From Alphaproteobacteria bacterium (GTDB lineage: Bacteria > Pseudomonadota > Alphaproteobacteria > Sphingomonadales > Sphingomonadaceae): a stretch of DNA of 64,000 nucleotides. Position numbers and translations under genes: made by a program. Position 1 is the first letter of the stretch, and every line of letters begins with the position of its first letter. This document shows, piece by piece, positions 29,388-39,434 of this stretch. The DNA is taken from positions 1,959 to 65,958 of the forward strand of contig JAFAZW010000006.1 of assembly GCA_019239415.1 (NCBI GenBank), written 5' to 3'. The notes under the pieces are model-generated. The model was not told where the DNA came from. It saw only the letters and a list, made by a program, of their open reading frames with translations, and made no database searches.

Positions 29388-30355
29388 ACGAGGCGGCGCG
29401 CTGGATGGCGGCGGCCGTCGCGCTCGGCGAGCGCGGCCGCGGCCGCTCGGCGCCCAACCCCAATGTCGGCTGCATCCTCGTCCGGGAGGGCGTGGTCGTC
29501 GGCCGCGGCTGGACCCAGCGCGGCGGCCGCCCGCATGCGGAGGCGATGGCGCTCGAAGAGGCGGGTGCGGCGGCGCGGGGGGCCGAGGTCTTCGTGACCC
29601 TGGAGCCGTGCGCGCACGAGAGTTCGCGCGGCCCCGCCTGCGCCGACCTGCTGGTGGCGGCGCGACCCTCGAAGGTGGTCGTGGCCCTCCAGGATCCGGA
29701 CGCGCGGATCGACGGACGCGGTATCGAGCGGCTCCGCGCGGCCGGTATCGCCGTCGACACCGGCGTCGGCGCCGAGGCGGCGGCGCGGTCGATGGCCGGC
29801 TTCCTCACCCGCCAGCGCCTCGGCCGGCCCTGGATCACGTTGAAGCTCGCCATGTCGCTCGACGGCAAGATCGCGCTGCCCTCGGGCGAGAGCCGCTGGA
29901 TCACCGGCGAGGATGCCCGTGCCCACGTCCATCTGGAGCGGGCGCGCGCCGACATGATCCTCGTCGGCCGCGGCACCTACGACGCGGACAAGCCCGCGCT
30001 CGACGTCCGCCTGCCGGGCCTCGAGGCGGAGGGCCCGCGCCGCGCCCTGCTCACCCGCGGCAACGGCGTCGACGGCTGGGAGCGGCTGGGCAGCCCGGAC
30101 GAGGTCTTCCGCCTCGAGGGCGTCAACGACCTGCTCGTCGAGGGCGGCTCCGCGACCGCTTCCGCCTTCCTCACCGCCGACCTGGTCGATCGCCTGCTCA
30201 TCTACCGCGCGCCGATCCTGATCGGCGAGGGCCGCTCGTCGATCGGCTATATCGGCCTCACCAGCCTCGCCGACGCCCATCGCCGGTGGCGCCTCGCCGA
30301 CGAGCGGCGGCTTGGAATCGACCGCCTCGAAGTCTACGAGCGCGTGCGGGACTGA
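29384..30355 (+). CDS. ribD: bifunctional diaminohydroxyphosphoribosylaminopyrimidine deaminase / 5-amino-6-(5-phosphoribosylamino)uracil reductase
   Basis: Deaminase zinc motifs HAE ... PCxxxxxxxC (HAEAMALEE, TLEPCAHESSRGPACADLL) plus a reductase domain. The start is TTG 29384 or ATG 29405. Confidence 0.9.
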   Translation: MNEAARWMAAAVALGERGRGRSAPNPNVGCILVREGVVVGRGWTQRGGRPHAEAMALEEAGAAARGAEVFVTLEPCAHESSRGPACADLLVAARPSKVVVALQDPDARIDGRGIERLRAAGIAVDTGVGAEAAARSMAGFLTRQRLGRPWITLKLAMSLDGKIALPSGESRWITGEDARAHVHLERARADMILVGRGTYDADKPALDVRLPGLEAEGPRRALLTRGNGVDGWERLGSPDEVFRLEGVNDLLVEGGSATASAFLTADLVDRLLIYRAPILIGEGRSSIGYIGLTSLADAHRRWRLADERRLGIDRLEVYERVRD

Positions 30356-30357
30356 TC

Positions 30358-30963
30358 ATGTTCACGGGCATCATCACGGACGTCGGGCGGATCGTCGCGG
30401 CCGAGCAGCGGGGCGACCTGCGTCTCAGGATCGCGTGCGGCTACGACATGAGCACCGTCGACCTCGGCGCCTCGATCGCCTGCTCCGGCGTCTGCCTCAC
30501 CGTTGTCGACAGGGGACCCGACTGGTTCGAGGTGGACCTTTCGGGGGAGACGGTGTCGCGTTCGGCGCCCGGCATGTGGGAGGCGGGGCGCCGCCTCAAC
30601 CTCGAGCGTTCGCTGCGGCTCGGCGACGAGCTCGGCGGCCATATCGTCACCGGTCATGTCGACGGCATCGGCACGATTTCCTTCGTCGTGGCGAAAGGCG
30701 GCTCGCTGCAGATGGAAATCGACGTCCCCGACGCGCTCGCGCGGTTCATCGCGGCCAAGGGATCGATCGCCGTCGACGGCGTGTCGCTGACCGTCAACGA
30801 GACCTGGCGCCGCGACGGGAAGACGCAGGGCTTCACCGTCAACGTCATCCCCCACACGGCGGAATTCACGACCCTCGGCGAGGCGCAGCCCGACCGTCAC
30901 GTCAACCTCGAGATCGACATCCTCGCCCGCTATATCGGCCGCATGCTGGAGCTGCGGGGCTGA
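30358..30963 (+). CDS. ribE: riboflavin synthase
   Basis: MFTGIITDVGRIV N-terminus and a duplicated lumazine-binding repeat, 201 aa. Confidence 0.9.
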   Translation: MFTGIITDVGRIVAAEQRGDLRLRIACGYDMSTVDLGASIACSGVCLTVVDRGPDWFEVDLSGETVSRSAPGMWEAGRRLNLERSLRLGDELGGHIVTGHVDGIGTISFVVAKGGSLQMEIDVPDALARFIAAKGSIAVDGVSLTVNETWRRDGKTQGFTVNVIPHTAEFTTLGEAQPDRHVNLEIDILARYIGRMLELRG

Positions 30964-32084
30964 TGGCGACCCTGTCGAGCCTCGAGCGCGGCTTCCTCTC
31001 CTCGCCCGAGGAGCTGATCGACGAGGCGCGCAACGGCCGCATGTTCATCCTCGTCGACGACGAGGATCGGGAGAATGAGGGCGACCTCGTCATTCCCGCC
31101 CAGATGGCGACGCCCGACGCGATCAACTTCATGGCGACCCACGGCAAGGGCCTGATCTGCCTCGCCATGACCAAGGCGCGGATCGACCAGCTCGGCCTGC
31201 CGCTGATGAGCCGCCACAACGGCACCCGCCACGAGACCGCCTTCACCATCTCGATCGAGGCGAAGGAGGGGGTGACGACCGGCATCTCCGCCGCCGACCG
31301 CGCCCGCACCGTCTCGGTCGCGATCGACGCGTCCAAGGGGCGCGAGGACATCGTCACCCCCGGCCACGTCTTCCCGCTCGTCGCGCGCGACGGCGGCGTG
31401 CTGATCCGCGCCGGCCACACCGAAGCCGGGGTCGACGTGTCGCGCCTCGCCGGCCTCAATCCCTCCGCCGTCATCTGCGAGATCATGCGCGAGGACGGGA
31501 CGATGGCGCGGATGGACGATCTCGTCGCCTTCGCCCAGCGCCACGGTCTCAGGATCGGCACGATCCGCGACCTCATCGCCTATCGCCTCAAGAAGGACCA
31601 CCTCGTCGAGCAGCGGGCGGAGGCCCAGTTCGAGAGCCGCTGGGGCGGGACCTGGACCGCCAAGGCCTTCCTCAACAAGGCGCTCGGCACCGAGACGGTG
31701 GCCCTGGTCAAGGGAATTATCGACCCGTCGCAGCCGACCCTGGTGCGCATGCACCAGCTCAGCCTGTTCTCGGATGCGCTGGGCGAAGCGAATGCGCGCG
31801 CCGGCCTGCTCGCCGGCGCGATGCAGGCGATCGCCGCGGAAGGCGCCGGCGTCATCGTCTGCCTCGACCGGCAGGCGCCCTTCTCCGACATCCTCAACGC
31901 CCGTTCCGGCAAGGGCAGCCGCGACATGGACCAGCTGCGCGATTATGGCGGCGGCGCGCAGATCCTCTCCGCGCTCGGCATCCACGACATGGTGCTCCTC
32001 ACCAACACCCACCACACCCCGGTCGCGCTCGAAGGCTACGGCCTCAAGATCGTCGCCGAGCGCCCGATCCCGACGGAGGGCTGA
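30963..32084 (+). CDS. ribB: 3,4-dihydroxy-2-butanone-4-phosphate synthase fused to a degenerate GTP cyclohydrolase II-like domain (RibBX type)
   Basis: The N-terminal domain has [11 protein letters not shown] and GHTEA. The C-terminal domain aligns to RibA but I see no zinc-binding Cys cluster (region [17 protein letters not shown]). Confidence 0.85.
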   Translation: MATLSSLERGFLSSPEELIDEARNGRMFILVDDEDRENEGDLVIPAQMATPDAINFMATHGKGLICLAMTKARIDQLGLPLMSRHNGTRHETAFTISIEAKEGVTTGISAADRARTVSVAIDASKGREDIVTPGHVFPLVARDGGVLIRAGHTEAGVDVSRLAGLNPSAVICEIMREDGTMARMDDLVAFAQRHGLRIGTIRDLIAYRLKKDHLVEQRAEAQFESRWGGTWTAKAFLNKALGTETVALVKGIIDPSQPTLVRMHQLSLFSDALGEANARAGLLAGAMQAIAAEGAGVIVCLDRQAPFSDILNARSGKGSRDMDQLRDYGGGAQILSALGIHDMVLLTNTHHTPVALEGYGLKIVAERPIPTEG

Positions 32085-32086
32085 GC

Positions 32087-32509
32087 ATGGCGCGGCTGCT
32101 GATCGTCGAGGCGCGTTTCTACGAGCATCTGAACGACCTGCTGCTCGCGGGAGCCCGCGCGGCGATCGAAGCGGCCGGCCACCGCCACGAGACGGTGACG
32201 GTTCCCGGTGCGCTCGAAGTGCCGGCGGCGATCGCGATGGCGGCCGAGACGGGCCGCTACGACGCTTTCGTCGCGCTCGGCGTGGTGATCCGCGGCGAGA
32301 CCTACCATTTCGAGGTGGTGTCGAACGAGAGCGCCCGCGGCATCATGGCGCTGACGCTCGACGGCCTCGCCATCGGCAACGGCATCCTTACCGTCGAGGA
32401 CGAGGCGCAGGCCCTCGCCCGCGCACGCCCCGACGACAAGGACAAAGGCGGCGAAGCGGCCAAGGCCGCGCTCGCCATGCTCGCGCTGAAGGAGAGGTTC
32501 ATAGCGTAG
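32087..32509 (+). CDS. ribH: 6,7-dimethyl-8-ribityllumazine synthase
   Basis: 140 aa. VPGALEVP and [12 protein letters not shown] are characteristic. Confidence 0.92.
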   Translation: MARLLIVEARFYEHLNDLLLAGARAAIEAAGHRHETVTVPGALEVPAAIAMAAETGRYDAFVALGVVIRGETYHFEVVSNESARGIMALTLDGLAIGNGILTVEDEAQALARARPDDKDKGGEAAKAALAMLALKERFIA

Positions 32510-32511
32510 CT

Positions 32512-32632
32512 CCCCTCCCGGGAAGGGAGGGGCCGGGGGTGGGTCCGCCGAAGGCGGGCAAAACACCGGGTCAGCAGAAGGCCTCGCTACGCTCGCCTAC
32601 CCACCCCTGACCCCTCCCTGCCAGGGAGGGGG
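32512..32632. repeat. family-C inverted-repeat element, copy C1 (121 bp)
   Basis: The left terminal inverted repeat (TIR) is CCCCTCCCGGGAAGGGAGGGGCCGGGGGTGGGT (32512..32544). Its inverted partner is ACCCACCCCTGACCCCTCCCTGCCAGGGAGGGGG (32599..32632). The element fills the ribH / transporter convergent spacer. Confidence 0.85.
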
Positions 32633-32633
32633 A

Positions 32634-33587
32634 TCAGCGCCGCAGCCACCTTCGCCGTGCGAACCACGCCAAAACCACGGCTCCCACCACGACGCAGAAC
32701 GCACACACCGCCCAGAACGCCCATGGCTCGTGCGAGAAGGGAATGCCCTCGACGTTCATGCCGAGCAGGCCGGTGATGAAGGTCAAGGGGAGGAAGATGA
32801 AGGCGACGATCGAGATGAGCAGCGAGCGCTGGTCGATCTCCTCGCCGCGAAGGTCGGTCAATTGCTCGTGGAGCAAGGCCGAGCGCTCGCGCACCGCCTC
32901 CAGTTCCTCGGCCATGCGGGCGAAGCGGTCGGCGGCCTCGCGGATGTGGAGGCGGTCGTCCTCGGCCAGCCAGTCGAAATCCTGCAGCGCCAGGGTCTGC
33001 AGCGCGTCGCGGTTCGGCGCGACGAAGCGGCGGAAGGCGATCGCCTCCGCGCGGATCGCGGCGATGTTGCTCCTGAGGCGATAGATGTTGCGCGATTCGA
33101 GATCGGTCTCGCAATCGTCGAGCGTGTCGCCCAGTTCGGCGACCCGAGGGTCGAGCTCCGAGCTGATTTCGCGGGCGAAGGCGGCGACGAGGTCGCCCGG
33201 GTCGACCACCTTCCCCGCCGTCATCGCCTCGAGGACGGCGCCCGTGGCGAGCAGCGGGCGGCGGGTCAGCGAATTGACCTTGCCCCGCCGCACCCACATC
33301 CGGATCGAGACGAGCCGGTCCGACGTATCGACCTCACCTTGGGCCGGTCCACGCAGGTTCAATATGGCTCCCTGCTCGATGCGGTCGCAACGCGGCCGGG
33401 TCTCGGTGGCGACGAGGGCGTTGGCGGCGACGTCCGGAATGTCGGCGCCGGCGATCATCGCCAGCTCCGGCGCATCGACGCTGTCGACGTGGATCCAGAC
33501 GAAGCCCGGACCGTGATAGGCGGCCGCTTCCCCCGCCGTGACGTGCCGGGGCGGCCCGTCGCCGACGAGGACGGCGTCGCAGCTCAT
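32634..33587 (-). CDS. CorA/ZntB-family divalent metal transporter
   Basis: Start at MSCDAVL, overlapping the galU stop. Two C-terminal TM helices carry the GMN motif (LLGMNVEG). Confidence 0.8.
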   Translation of the reverse strand: MSCDAVLVGDGPPRHVTAGEAAAYHGPGFVWIHVDSVDAPELAMIAGADIPDVAANALVATETRPRCDRIEQGAILNLRGPAQGEVDTSDRLVSIRMWVRRGKVNSLTRRPLLATGAVLEAMTAGKVVDPGDLVAAFAREISSELDPRVAELGDTLDDCETDLESRNIYRLRSNIAAIRAEAIAFRRFVAPNRDALQTLALQDFDWLAEDDRLHIREAADRFARMAEELEAVRERSALLHEQLTDLRGEEIDQRSLLISIVAFIFLPLTFITGLLGMNVEGIPFSHEPWAFWAVCAFCVVVGAVVLAWFARRRWLRR

Positions 33588-34444
33588 GCGATGTCTTGAA
33601 GGAAGGCGCGGATCGCCGGCGCCACGTCGTCGCGCTTCAACGCGAGCGCGAGATTGGCCTTCACGAAGCCGACCTTGTCGCCGCAATCGTGGCGTTCGGC
33701 GTCGACGGTGAGGCCGTGGAAGGGCTGGTCGCCGATCAGCTTGGCCATGGCATCGGTCAGCTGGATCTCGCCGCCGGCGCCTTTCTCCTTCGCGTCGAGG
33801 ATGCCCATGACCTCCGGCTGGAGGATATAGCGGCCGACGATCCCCAGGTTGGACGGCGCCTCCTCCGGCTTCGGCTTTTCGACCAGGCCCCTGACCTCGG
33901 TGAGCCGTCCGTCGCGGACCCCGGGGGTGACGATGCCGTAGCTCGCGGTGCGCTCGTGAGGCACCTCCTCGGTACAGACGATATTGCCGCCGACCTGCTC
34001 ATAGGCCGCCACCATCTGGGCGAGGCAGCCGGGCGTGCCGACCATCAGATCGTCGGGGAGCAGGACGGCGAACGGCTCGTCGCCGACCAGCTCGCGCGCG
34101 CACCAGACGGCGTGGCCGAGGCCGAGCGGCTCCTGCTGGCGCACCGAGGCGATGCTGCCGGCGGGCAGGCGCGTCGATTCCAGCACCGCGAGCGACTTGC
34201 CGCGCCCGCGCATCGTCGCCTCCAGCTCGTAGGCGACGTCGAAATGGTCCTCGAGCGCGGTCTTGTTGCGGCCGGTGACGAAGATCATCTGCTCGATCCC
34301 CGCCTCGAGCGCCTCCTCGACGGCATATTGGATGAGCGGCCGGTCGACGACGGTCAGCATCTCCTTCGGCATCGCCTTGGTGGCCGGCAGGAAACGGGTG
34401 CCGAGGCCGGCGACGGGGAACACCGCCTTGCGAACTCTCTTCAT
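33584..34444 (-). CDS. galU: UTP--glucose-1-phosphate uridylyltransferase
   Basis: Start at MKRVRKAVFPVAGLGTRFLPATKAMPKEML, the canonical GalU N-terminus. Confidence 0.9.
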   Translation of the reverse strand: MKRVRKAVFPVAGLGTRFLPATKAMPKEMLTVVDRPLIQYAVEEALEAGIEQMIFVTGRNKTALEDHFDVAYELEATMRGRGKSLAVLESTRLPAGSIASVRQQEPLGLGHAVWCARELVGDEPFAVLLPDDLMVGTPGCLAQMVAAYEQVGGNIVCTEEVPHERTASYGIVTPGVRDGRLTEVRGLVEKPKPEEAPSNLGIVGRYILQPEVMGILDAKEKGAGGEIQLTDAMAKLIGDQPFHGLTVDAERHDCGDKVGFVKANLALALKRDDVAPAIRAFLQDIA

Positions 34445-34476
34445 CTGGGCTCCGGGAGGAATAAGCGCCGCCGCGG

Positions 34477-34731
34477 TCAGCGCGTCGGCGGGAGGTCGAA
34501 CGGATCGTCCTTGCGCGGCTCGGACTTCTGCAGCCCCTCGTCCTGGCGGAGCGGGCGGGTGAGCGGCGCGGGCTTCAGCATCTCCTCGGTCGTCGGCGCC
34601 CGCGCCGCCATCGCCGGCTTGGGCGGCGCGCGGTCGGCCGACACCGGACGCAGCGCCTCCTTGCTGCCGCAGGCGGCGAGCAAAGCGGCGAGGCCGAGGA
34701 GAGCGGGGACGCGTCGCATCGCCGGCGCCAT
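34477..34731 (-). CDS. hypothetical small lipoprotein
   Basis: Lipobox LLAAC after a signal peptide. The mature part is low-complexity and Pro/Ala-rich, so coding status is only moderately supported. Confidence 0.4.
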   Translation of the reverse strand: MAPAMRRVPALLGLAALLAACGSKEALRPVSADRAPPKPAMAARAPTTEEMLKPAPLTRPLRQDEGLQKSEPRKDDPFDLPPTR

Positions 34732-34808
34732 AGCGTAACCGCGCGGGGGCGGTCACCCCCGAAAAGCGGCCGCTTGCGCGCCGCCGGACGCGATCCTACC
34801 GGAACGCG

Positions 34809-35351
34809 ATGCGCACTTCCGTCCTGCTCCTGCTCGCCGCCCTCGCCGCCTGCCAGAAGCCGGCGCCGGACGCCAACGCCGTCGCCAGCGCCGCCGCGCC
34901 GGCTTCGGCCAAGCTCGACCGGAGCCACGCCGGCCGCCCCGCCCCGGCCACCGAGTTCGAGGGACCCGACGGGGAACCGCGCAACCTCCCCGCCTTCGGT
35001 GGCAAGCCGGTGCTGGTCAACCTCTGGGCGACCTGGTGCGCGCCGTGCAAGAAGGAGCTGCCGACCCTCGACCGCCTCGCCGCGGCGCAGGGCGACCGGC
35101 TGCGGGTGGTGACGATCGCCGAGGACCAGCCGGACAAGGCGCGCGCCTGGCTGAAGCAGGCGGGGCTGGCGCGGCTGCAGGGCTGGGCCGATCCGAAGCT
35201 CGGCATGACCGATTCGCTCCAGGTCGCCGACCTCCCGACCACCATTCTGTTCGACGCCGAGGGCCGCGAGCTCTGGCGCTATCGCGGCGACCGCGACTGG
35301 CAGGCCGCCGATTCGCAGGCCCTCATCGCCGAGGCGTTCCGGAAGGGATGA
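34809..35351 (+). CDS. TlpA-family thiol:disulfide oxidoreductase (lipoprotein)
   Basis: Lipobox LAAC and the thioredoxin motif WATWCAPCKKE. Confidence 0.8.
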   Translation: MRTSVLLLLAALAACQKPAPDANAVASAAAPASAKLDRSHAGRPAPATEFEGPDGEPRNLPAFGGKPVLVNLWATWCAPCKKELPTLDRLAAAQGDRLRVVTIAEDQPDKARAWLKQAGLARLQGWADPKLGMTDSLQVADLPTTILFDAEGRELWRYRGDRDWQAADSQALIAEAFRKG

Positions 35352-35423
35352 GAAGTTCGTGGCGTGGCGTTCGGCGGGCTACTGCCTCGGCTTGGGAGGA
35401 GGAGCCGTGTTCCCTTCCTCTCC

Positions 35424-36245
35424 TCAGTCCCGCAGCAGCTCGTTGATGCTGGTCTTGGCGCGGGTGCGGGCGTCGACGCGCTTGACGATGACGGCGCAGG
35501 CGAGGCTCGGGCCGCCGTCCTTGGCCGGCAGGGTGCCGGGAACGACCACCGAATAAGCCGGGACCCGGCCCATGAAGGTCTCGCCGGTGGCGCGGTCGAC
35601 GATCTTGGTCGAGGCGCCGAGGAACACGCCCATCGACAGCACCGCGCCCTGTTCCACGACGACGCCTTCGGCCACTTCCGAGCGGGCGCCGACGAAGCAA
35701 TCGTCCTCGACGATCACCGGCCCCGCCTGCAGCGGCTCGAGCACCCCGCCGATGCCGGCGCCGCCCGAGATGTGGACGTTGCGGCCGATCTGGGCGCAGC
35801 TGCCGACCGTCGCCCAGGTGTCGACCATCGTCCCCTCGCCGACATGGGCGCCGATGTTGACGAAGCTCGGCATCAGCACCGCGTTCCGGCCGATGAAGGC
35901 GCCGCGGCGGACGATCGCACCCGGCACCGCCCGGAAGCCGGCCTCGGCGAAACGGGACGCGTCCCACCCGGCGAATTTCGAGGGCACCTTGTCCCACCAG
36001 CAGGCACCGCCGGGGCCGCCGGCGATCGTCTCCATCGGCGTCAGCCGGAAGGAGAGCAGCACGGCCTTCTTCAGCCACTGATTGACGTGCCACCCGTCCG
36101 GCCCGGGCTCCGCCACCCGCGCCGCGCCGGCATCGAGCAGGGCGATCGCGCCCGCCACGGCCTCGGCGACGTCGCGGTCGTCCGTCCCGAGCGAGTCGCG
36201 CCGCTCCCACGCCTCGTCGATCCGCTGCTGCAAAGTGGCCGTCAT
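35424..36245 (-). CDS. dapD: 2,3,4,5-tetrahydropyridine-2,6-dicarboxylate N-succinyltransferase
   Basis: Start at [16 protein letters not shown], 273 aa. Hexapeptide-repeat core; the ATG overlaps the upstream stop. Confidence 0.92.
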   Translation of the reverse strand: MTATLQQRIDEAWERRDSLGTDDRDVAEAVAGAIALLDAGAARVAEPGPDGWHVNQWLKKAVLLSFRLTPMETIAGGPGGACWWDKVPSKFAGWDASRFAEAGFRAVPGAIVRRGAFIGRNAVLMPSFVNIGAHVGEGTMVDTWATVGSCAQIGRNVHISGGAGIGGVLEPLQAGPVIVEDDCFVGARSEVAEGVVVEQGAVLSMGVFLGASTKIVDRATGETFMGRVPAYSVVVPGTLPAKDGGPSLACAVIVKRVDARTRAKTSINELLRD

Positions 36246-36916
36246 GCGCTTTCCCCGGTGATCTCGGTGAGCCAGTCGCCGATATCGGTGATGCGGTAAT
36301 CGATAAAGGCCGGATCGGCCTCTGCCTCGGCCTGCTCCGAGCCGTTGTCGATCCACACCGTCGTCATGCCGAGCGCCTTGGCGGGCTTGAGGTTGCGGGC
36401 CATGTCCTCGACGAAGAGCGCGCGTGCCGGGTCGACTTCGTAACCGTCGCAGAGCGCGGCATAGGCCGCCGGATCGGGCTTGGGCACATAATTCATGGCG
36501 TGGATGTCGTGCAGCCCGTGGAAGGCGTTGCCCAGCCCGAGCCGCTCCAGCACGCGACGCGCGTAGCTTTCGTCGCCATTGGTGAAGACCAGCTTGCGCC
36601 CCGGCAGCCGGTCGAGCGCCGCGACCAGCCGCGGGTCGGCGGCGATCCGCGCCAGCTCGATGTCGTGGACGAAGCCGAGGAATTCGTAGGGATCGACGCC
36701 ATGCTCGCGCATCAGCCCGGCCAAGGTCGTGCCGTGGTCGCGGAAATAGCCCTTCTGGACCCGGAACGCTTGTTCCGCGTCGCAGCCGAGCCGCTGCTGG
36801 ATATAGAGGGTCATCCGTCGGTCGATCAGCGCGAACAGGTCCGCCGAGGCCGGGTAGAGGCTGTTGTCGAGATCGAAGATCCAGCAATCGATGTGGCGAA
36901 GGGCCTCGGGAAGCAT
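36242..36916 (-). CDS. pyrimidine 5'-nucleotidase (HAD superfamily)
   Basis: [11 protein letters not shown] (DxD motif) and the FTNGDESYA and FVEDMARNL blocks are present. Confidence 0.78.
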   Translation of the reverse strand: MLPEALRHIDCWIFDLDNSLYPASADLFALIDRRMTLYIQQRLGCDAEQAFRVQKGYFRDHGTTLAGLMREHGVDPYEFLGFVHDIELARIAADPRLVAALDRLPGRKLVFTNGDESYARRVLERLGLGNAFHGLHDIHAMNYVPKPDPAAYAALCDGYEVDPARALFVEDMARNLKPAKALGMTTVWIDNGSEQAEAEADPAFIDYRITDIGDWLTEITGESA

Positions 36917-37022
36917 GCCCGCGCCCTAGCCCAAACAAATTTCTTCAGCAAAACGAAAGCTTTGGTAGGCTAGGGGTTGCCAGAATTCCTCAAGAAGCAG
37001 AAACGTTTAGGCGGAGGGTCGA

Positions 37023-39344
37023 ATGAGCCCCAAGCAGCGCAGGTCCGCCCTGGTCCTCTCCGTGTGCGTGTTCGCCGTGGCCCTGGGCGGCTGCGGCGGC
37101 GGCGGCACCGGCGTGCCGAGTCCGGATCCGATCGTCTCCGTCCCCACCCCATCGCCGCCGCCGCCTCCCCCGCCCGCGCCGCCACCGCCGCCCCCACCGC
37201 CGCCGAGCTCCAGCTACGACGATGCGGAATATCGCCGGTCGGCCGGCAGCGTGCACGGCGCGATCACCGCCTACGAGTCCGGCAGCACCGGCCAGGGCGT
37301 GAAGATCGCCGTCATCGATACCGGCCTCAACCCCGGCCTCCACGAATTCACCGGGCGGGTCGATCCGGCGAGCCAGGACGTGGTCGCCAGTCGCGGCGTC
37401 AGCGACAGCGACGGGCACGGCACCGCGGTCGCCGCGACCGCCGTGGCCAACCGCGACGGCGGCCGCATGGAGGGCGTCGCCTTCGGCGCCATGGTCCTCT
37501 CGCTCGACACCGAGAATCCGAACGATTGCAAAGGCTCGGACGGCTGCACCCACAGCAGCACCGACATCGCCAAGGCGATCGACATCGCCCGCCAGAACGG
37601 CGCCAAGGTCATCAACATCTCGCTCGGCGGCACCGACCCCAGCAACTCGGTCAACCAGGCGCTGGCGCGGGCCGCGGCGGCGGGGATCGTGGTCGTCATG
37701 TCGGCCGGCAATTCGGGCGACAAGCCGGAAGGCGCGAACCCGGAAGGCTTCGCGCTGAGCGCGAGTGCGGCGGGCAACGTCATCATCGCCGGCTCGGTGG
37801 GCGTGCCGGTGAACGGCGATCCGGCCTTCGGCATCGACTACAAGCAATTGTCGACCTTCTCGAACCGGGCGGGCAGCGGCGCGGCCAATTACCTCGCCGC
37901 GGTCGGCTATCGCGTCCTCGCCCCGGACAATAGCGGCACCTACTTCCTCTGGTCCGGCACCTCCTTCTCGGCCCCGGTCATCTCGGGCGCGGCGGCGCTC
38001 CTCGCCAGCGCCTTCCCGAACCTCACCGGCGCCCAGATCATCGACATCCTCTATCGCTCGGCGGACGACGGCGGCGCGGCCGGCACCGACGCCATATTCG
38101 GCCGCGGCATCCTCAACATCAGCCGCGCCTTCGCGCCGCTCGGCACGCTCGCCCTTCCGGACGGCAAGACGCCGGTGGCGACGATCACCGGCAGCACCTC
38201 CACGCCGATGGGCGACGCCTCGCCGCGCGTCGCGGGGATGGTTGCGCTCGACTCCTACGGCCGCGCCTACGCGCTCGACTACCAGCAGATGCTGCGCCGC
38301 GCCCCGCAGGAGCAGCCGCTGGCGATGGGGCTGCAGATCGGGCTCGACACGGCCACCGCCGCGCGCGGCCGCACGGCCGTCTCGATCACCGTCGACCGCA
38401 ACATGTTCGGCCAGCCCGCGGTCGGCCTGGCCCAGCTCGGCCTCACCTACGAGGACGCGCGCAAGGCGCGGGTCCTGTCGGGCCTCGCCATCAGCCGGCT
38501 GACGAAGCGGACGACGCTCGCCCTCGGCCTGTCCGAGAGCGGCCGGACGCTGCAGCAGCGGCTCGCCGGCGCGGAAGGGGCCGCCTTTCTCGTGGCGCGC
38601 GATCCGATGACCAGGACGGGCTTTTACGGCGACTCCGCGGCCAGCATCGGCGTTCGCCAGCAGCTCGGCCGCTTCGGCCTCACCGCGACCGCGGAGCGCG
38701 GCCGCGTCTGGCAGCCGGGGCTGAACCGGGCGCTGCTGGAGCCGGCTTATACGGTCGGCAGCCTCGGTCTCGATCGCGGCATCGGGCCCCTCCGCGTGAC
38801 CGTCGGCGGTACCCGGCTTACGGAGCAGCGCACGGTGCTCGGCGCCGGCTTCTCCGACGCCCTGGGTGGCGGCGGGGCGACCAGCTGGTTCGCCGACGCC
38901 GGCGCCGCGCTCCGTCTCGGCGGGGGCTGGAGCGCGACGGCGGGCTACCGCCGCGGCTGGACCTCGCTCGCCGGCGCGGCCGGCCTGGCGCGGGCCGGCC
39001 GGCTCGTCACCGACGCTTGGAGCTTCGACATCGCCAAGTCCGGCGTGTTCCGGCCCGGCGACCGGTTCGCGCTGCGCCTGATGCAGCCGCTTCGGGTGGC
39101 GTCGGGCGGCTTCACCCTGTCGGTGCCCGTCTCCTACGATTATGGAACGCTCCAGGCCGGCTATGGCGACCGCTTCTTCAACCTGGCGCCGACGGGACGC
39201 GAGATCGACCTCGAGGCGGCGTACGGCGTGCCGCTGCTCGGCGGCCAATTGACCGCCAACGCCTTCGCCCGCCGCCAGCCGGGCAATATCGCTGCGCTCG
39301 CCCCCGACCTCGGCGGTGCGCTCCGGTTCAGCCGGGGCTTCTGA
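37023..39344 (+). CDS. S8 (subtilisin-like) serine protease autotransporter with lipoprotein signal
   Basis: Lipobox ALGGC and a poly-Pro linker. The catalytic D/H/S triad lies in VIDTG, DGHGT and GTSFSAP. The ~300-aa C-terminal beta-domain ends in ...RFSRGF (terminal aromatic residue). Confidence 0.85.
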   Translation: MSPKQRRSALVLSVCVFAVALGGCGGGGTGVPSPDPIVSVPTPSPPPPPPPAPPPPPPPPPSSSYDDAEYRRSAGSVHGAITAYESGSTGQGVKIAVIDTGLNPGLHEFTGRVDPASQDVVASRGVSDSDGHGTAVAATAVANRDGGRMEGVAFGAMVLSLDTENPNDCKGSDGCTHSSTDIAKAIDIARQNGAKVINISLGGTDPSNSVNQALARAAAAGIVVVMSAGNSGDKPEGANPEGFALSASAAGNVIIAGSVGVPVNGDPAFGIDYKQLSTFSNRAGSGAANYLAAVGYRVLAPDNSGTYFLWSGTSFSAPVISGAAALLASAFPNLTGAQIIDILYRSADDGGAAGTDAIFGRGILNISRAFAPLGTLALPDGKTPVATITGSTSTPMGDASPRVAGMVALDSYGRAYALDYQQMLRRAPQEQPLAMGLQIGLDTATAARGRTAVSITVDRNMFGQPAVGLAQLGLTYEDARKARVLSGLAISRLTKRTTLALGLSESGRTLQQRLAGAEGAAFLVARDPMTRTGFYGDSAASIGVRQQLGRFGLTATAERGRVWQPGLNRALLEPAYTVGSLGLDRGIGPLRVTVGGTRLTEQRTVLGAGFSDALGGGGATSWFADAGAALRLGGGWSATAGYRRGWTSLAGAAGLARAGRLVTDAWSFDIAKSGVFRPGDRFALRLMQPLRVASGGFTLSVPVSYDYGTLQAGYGDRFFNLAPTGREIDLEAAYGVPLLGGQLTANAFARRQPGNIAALAPDLGGALRFSRGF

Positions 39345-39434
39345 CCGCCGGTCCCACACCCGGGTTCGAGGCCGACTCGCCGAACAGTCTCGGTCGGCGA
39401 GCGCGGCGTTTCGGTAACGGTCCCGCCGAGCGGC

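Noticed and set aside
35385-35423. A possible bidirectional terminator hairpin (GGGAGGAGGAG...CCCTTCCTCTCC) between the tlpA-like gene and dapD.
   Set aside because: Pairing is imperfect (several mismatches) and no U-tract follows. It is not convincing by hand.
36941-37012. Two ~25-nt imperfect direct repeats (TTCTTCAGCAAAACGAAAGCTTTGG / TTCCTCAAGAAGCAGAAACGTTTAGG) and an 8-bp inverted repeat CCCTAGCC/GGCTAGGG upstream of the S8 autotransporter.
   Set aside because: The alignment needs several gaps. The similarity may just reflect the AT-rich promoter composition, so it is too weak to report as a site.
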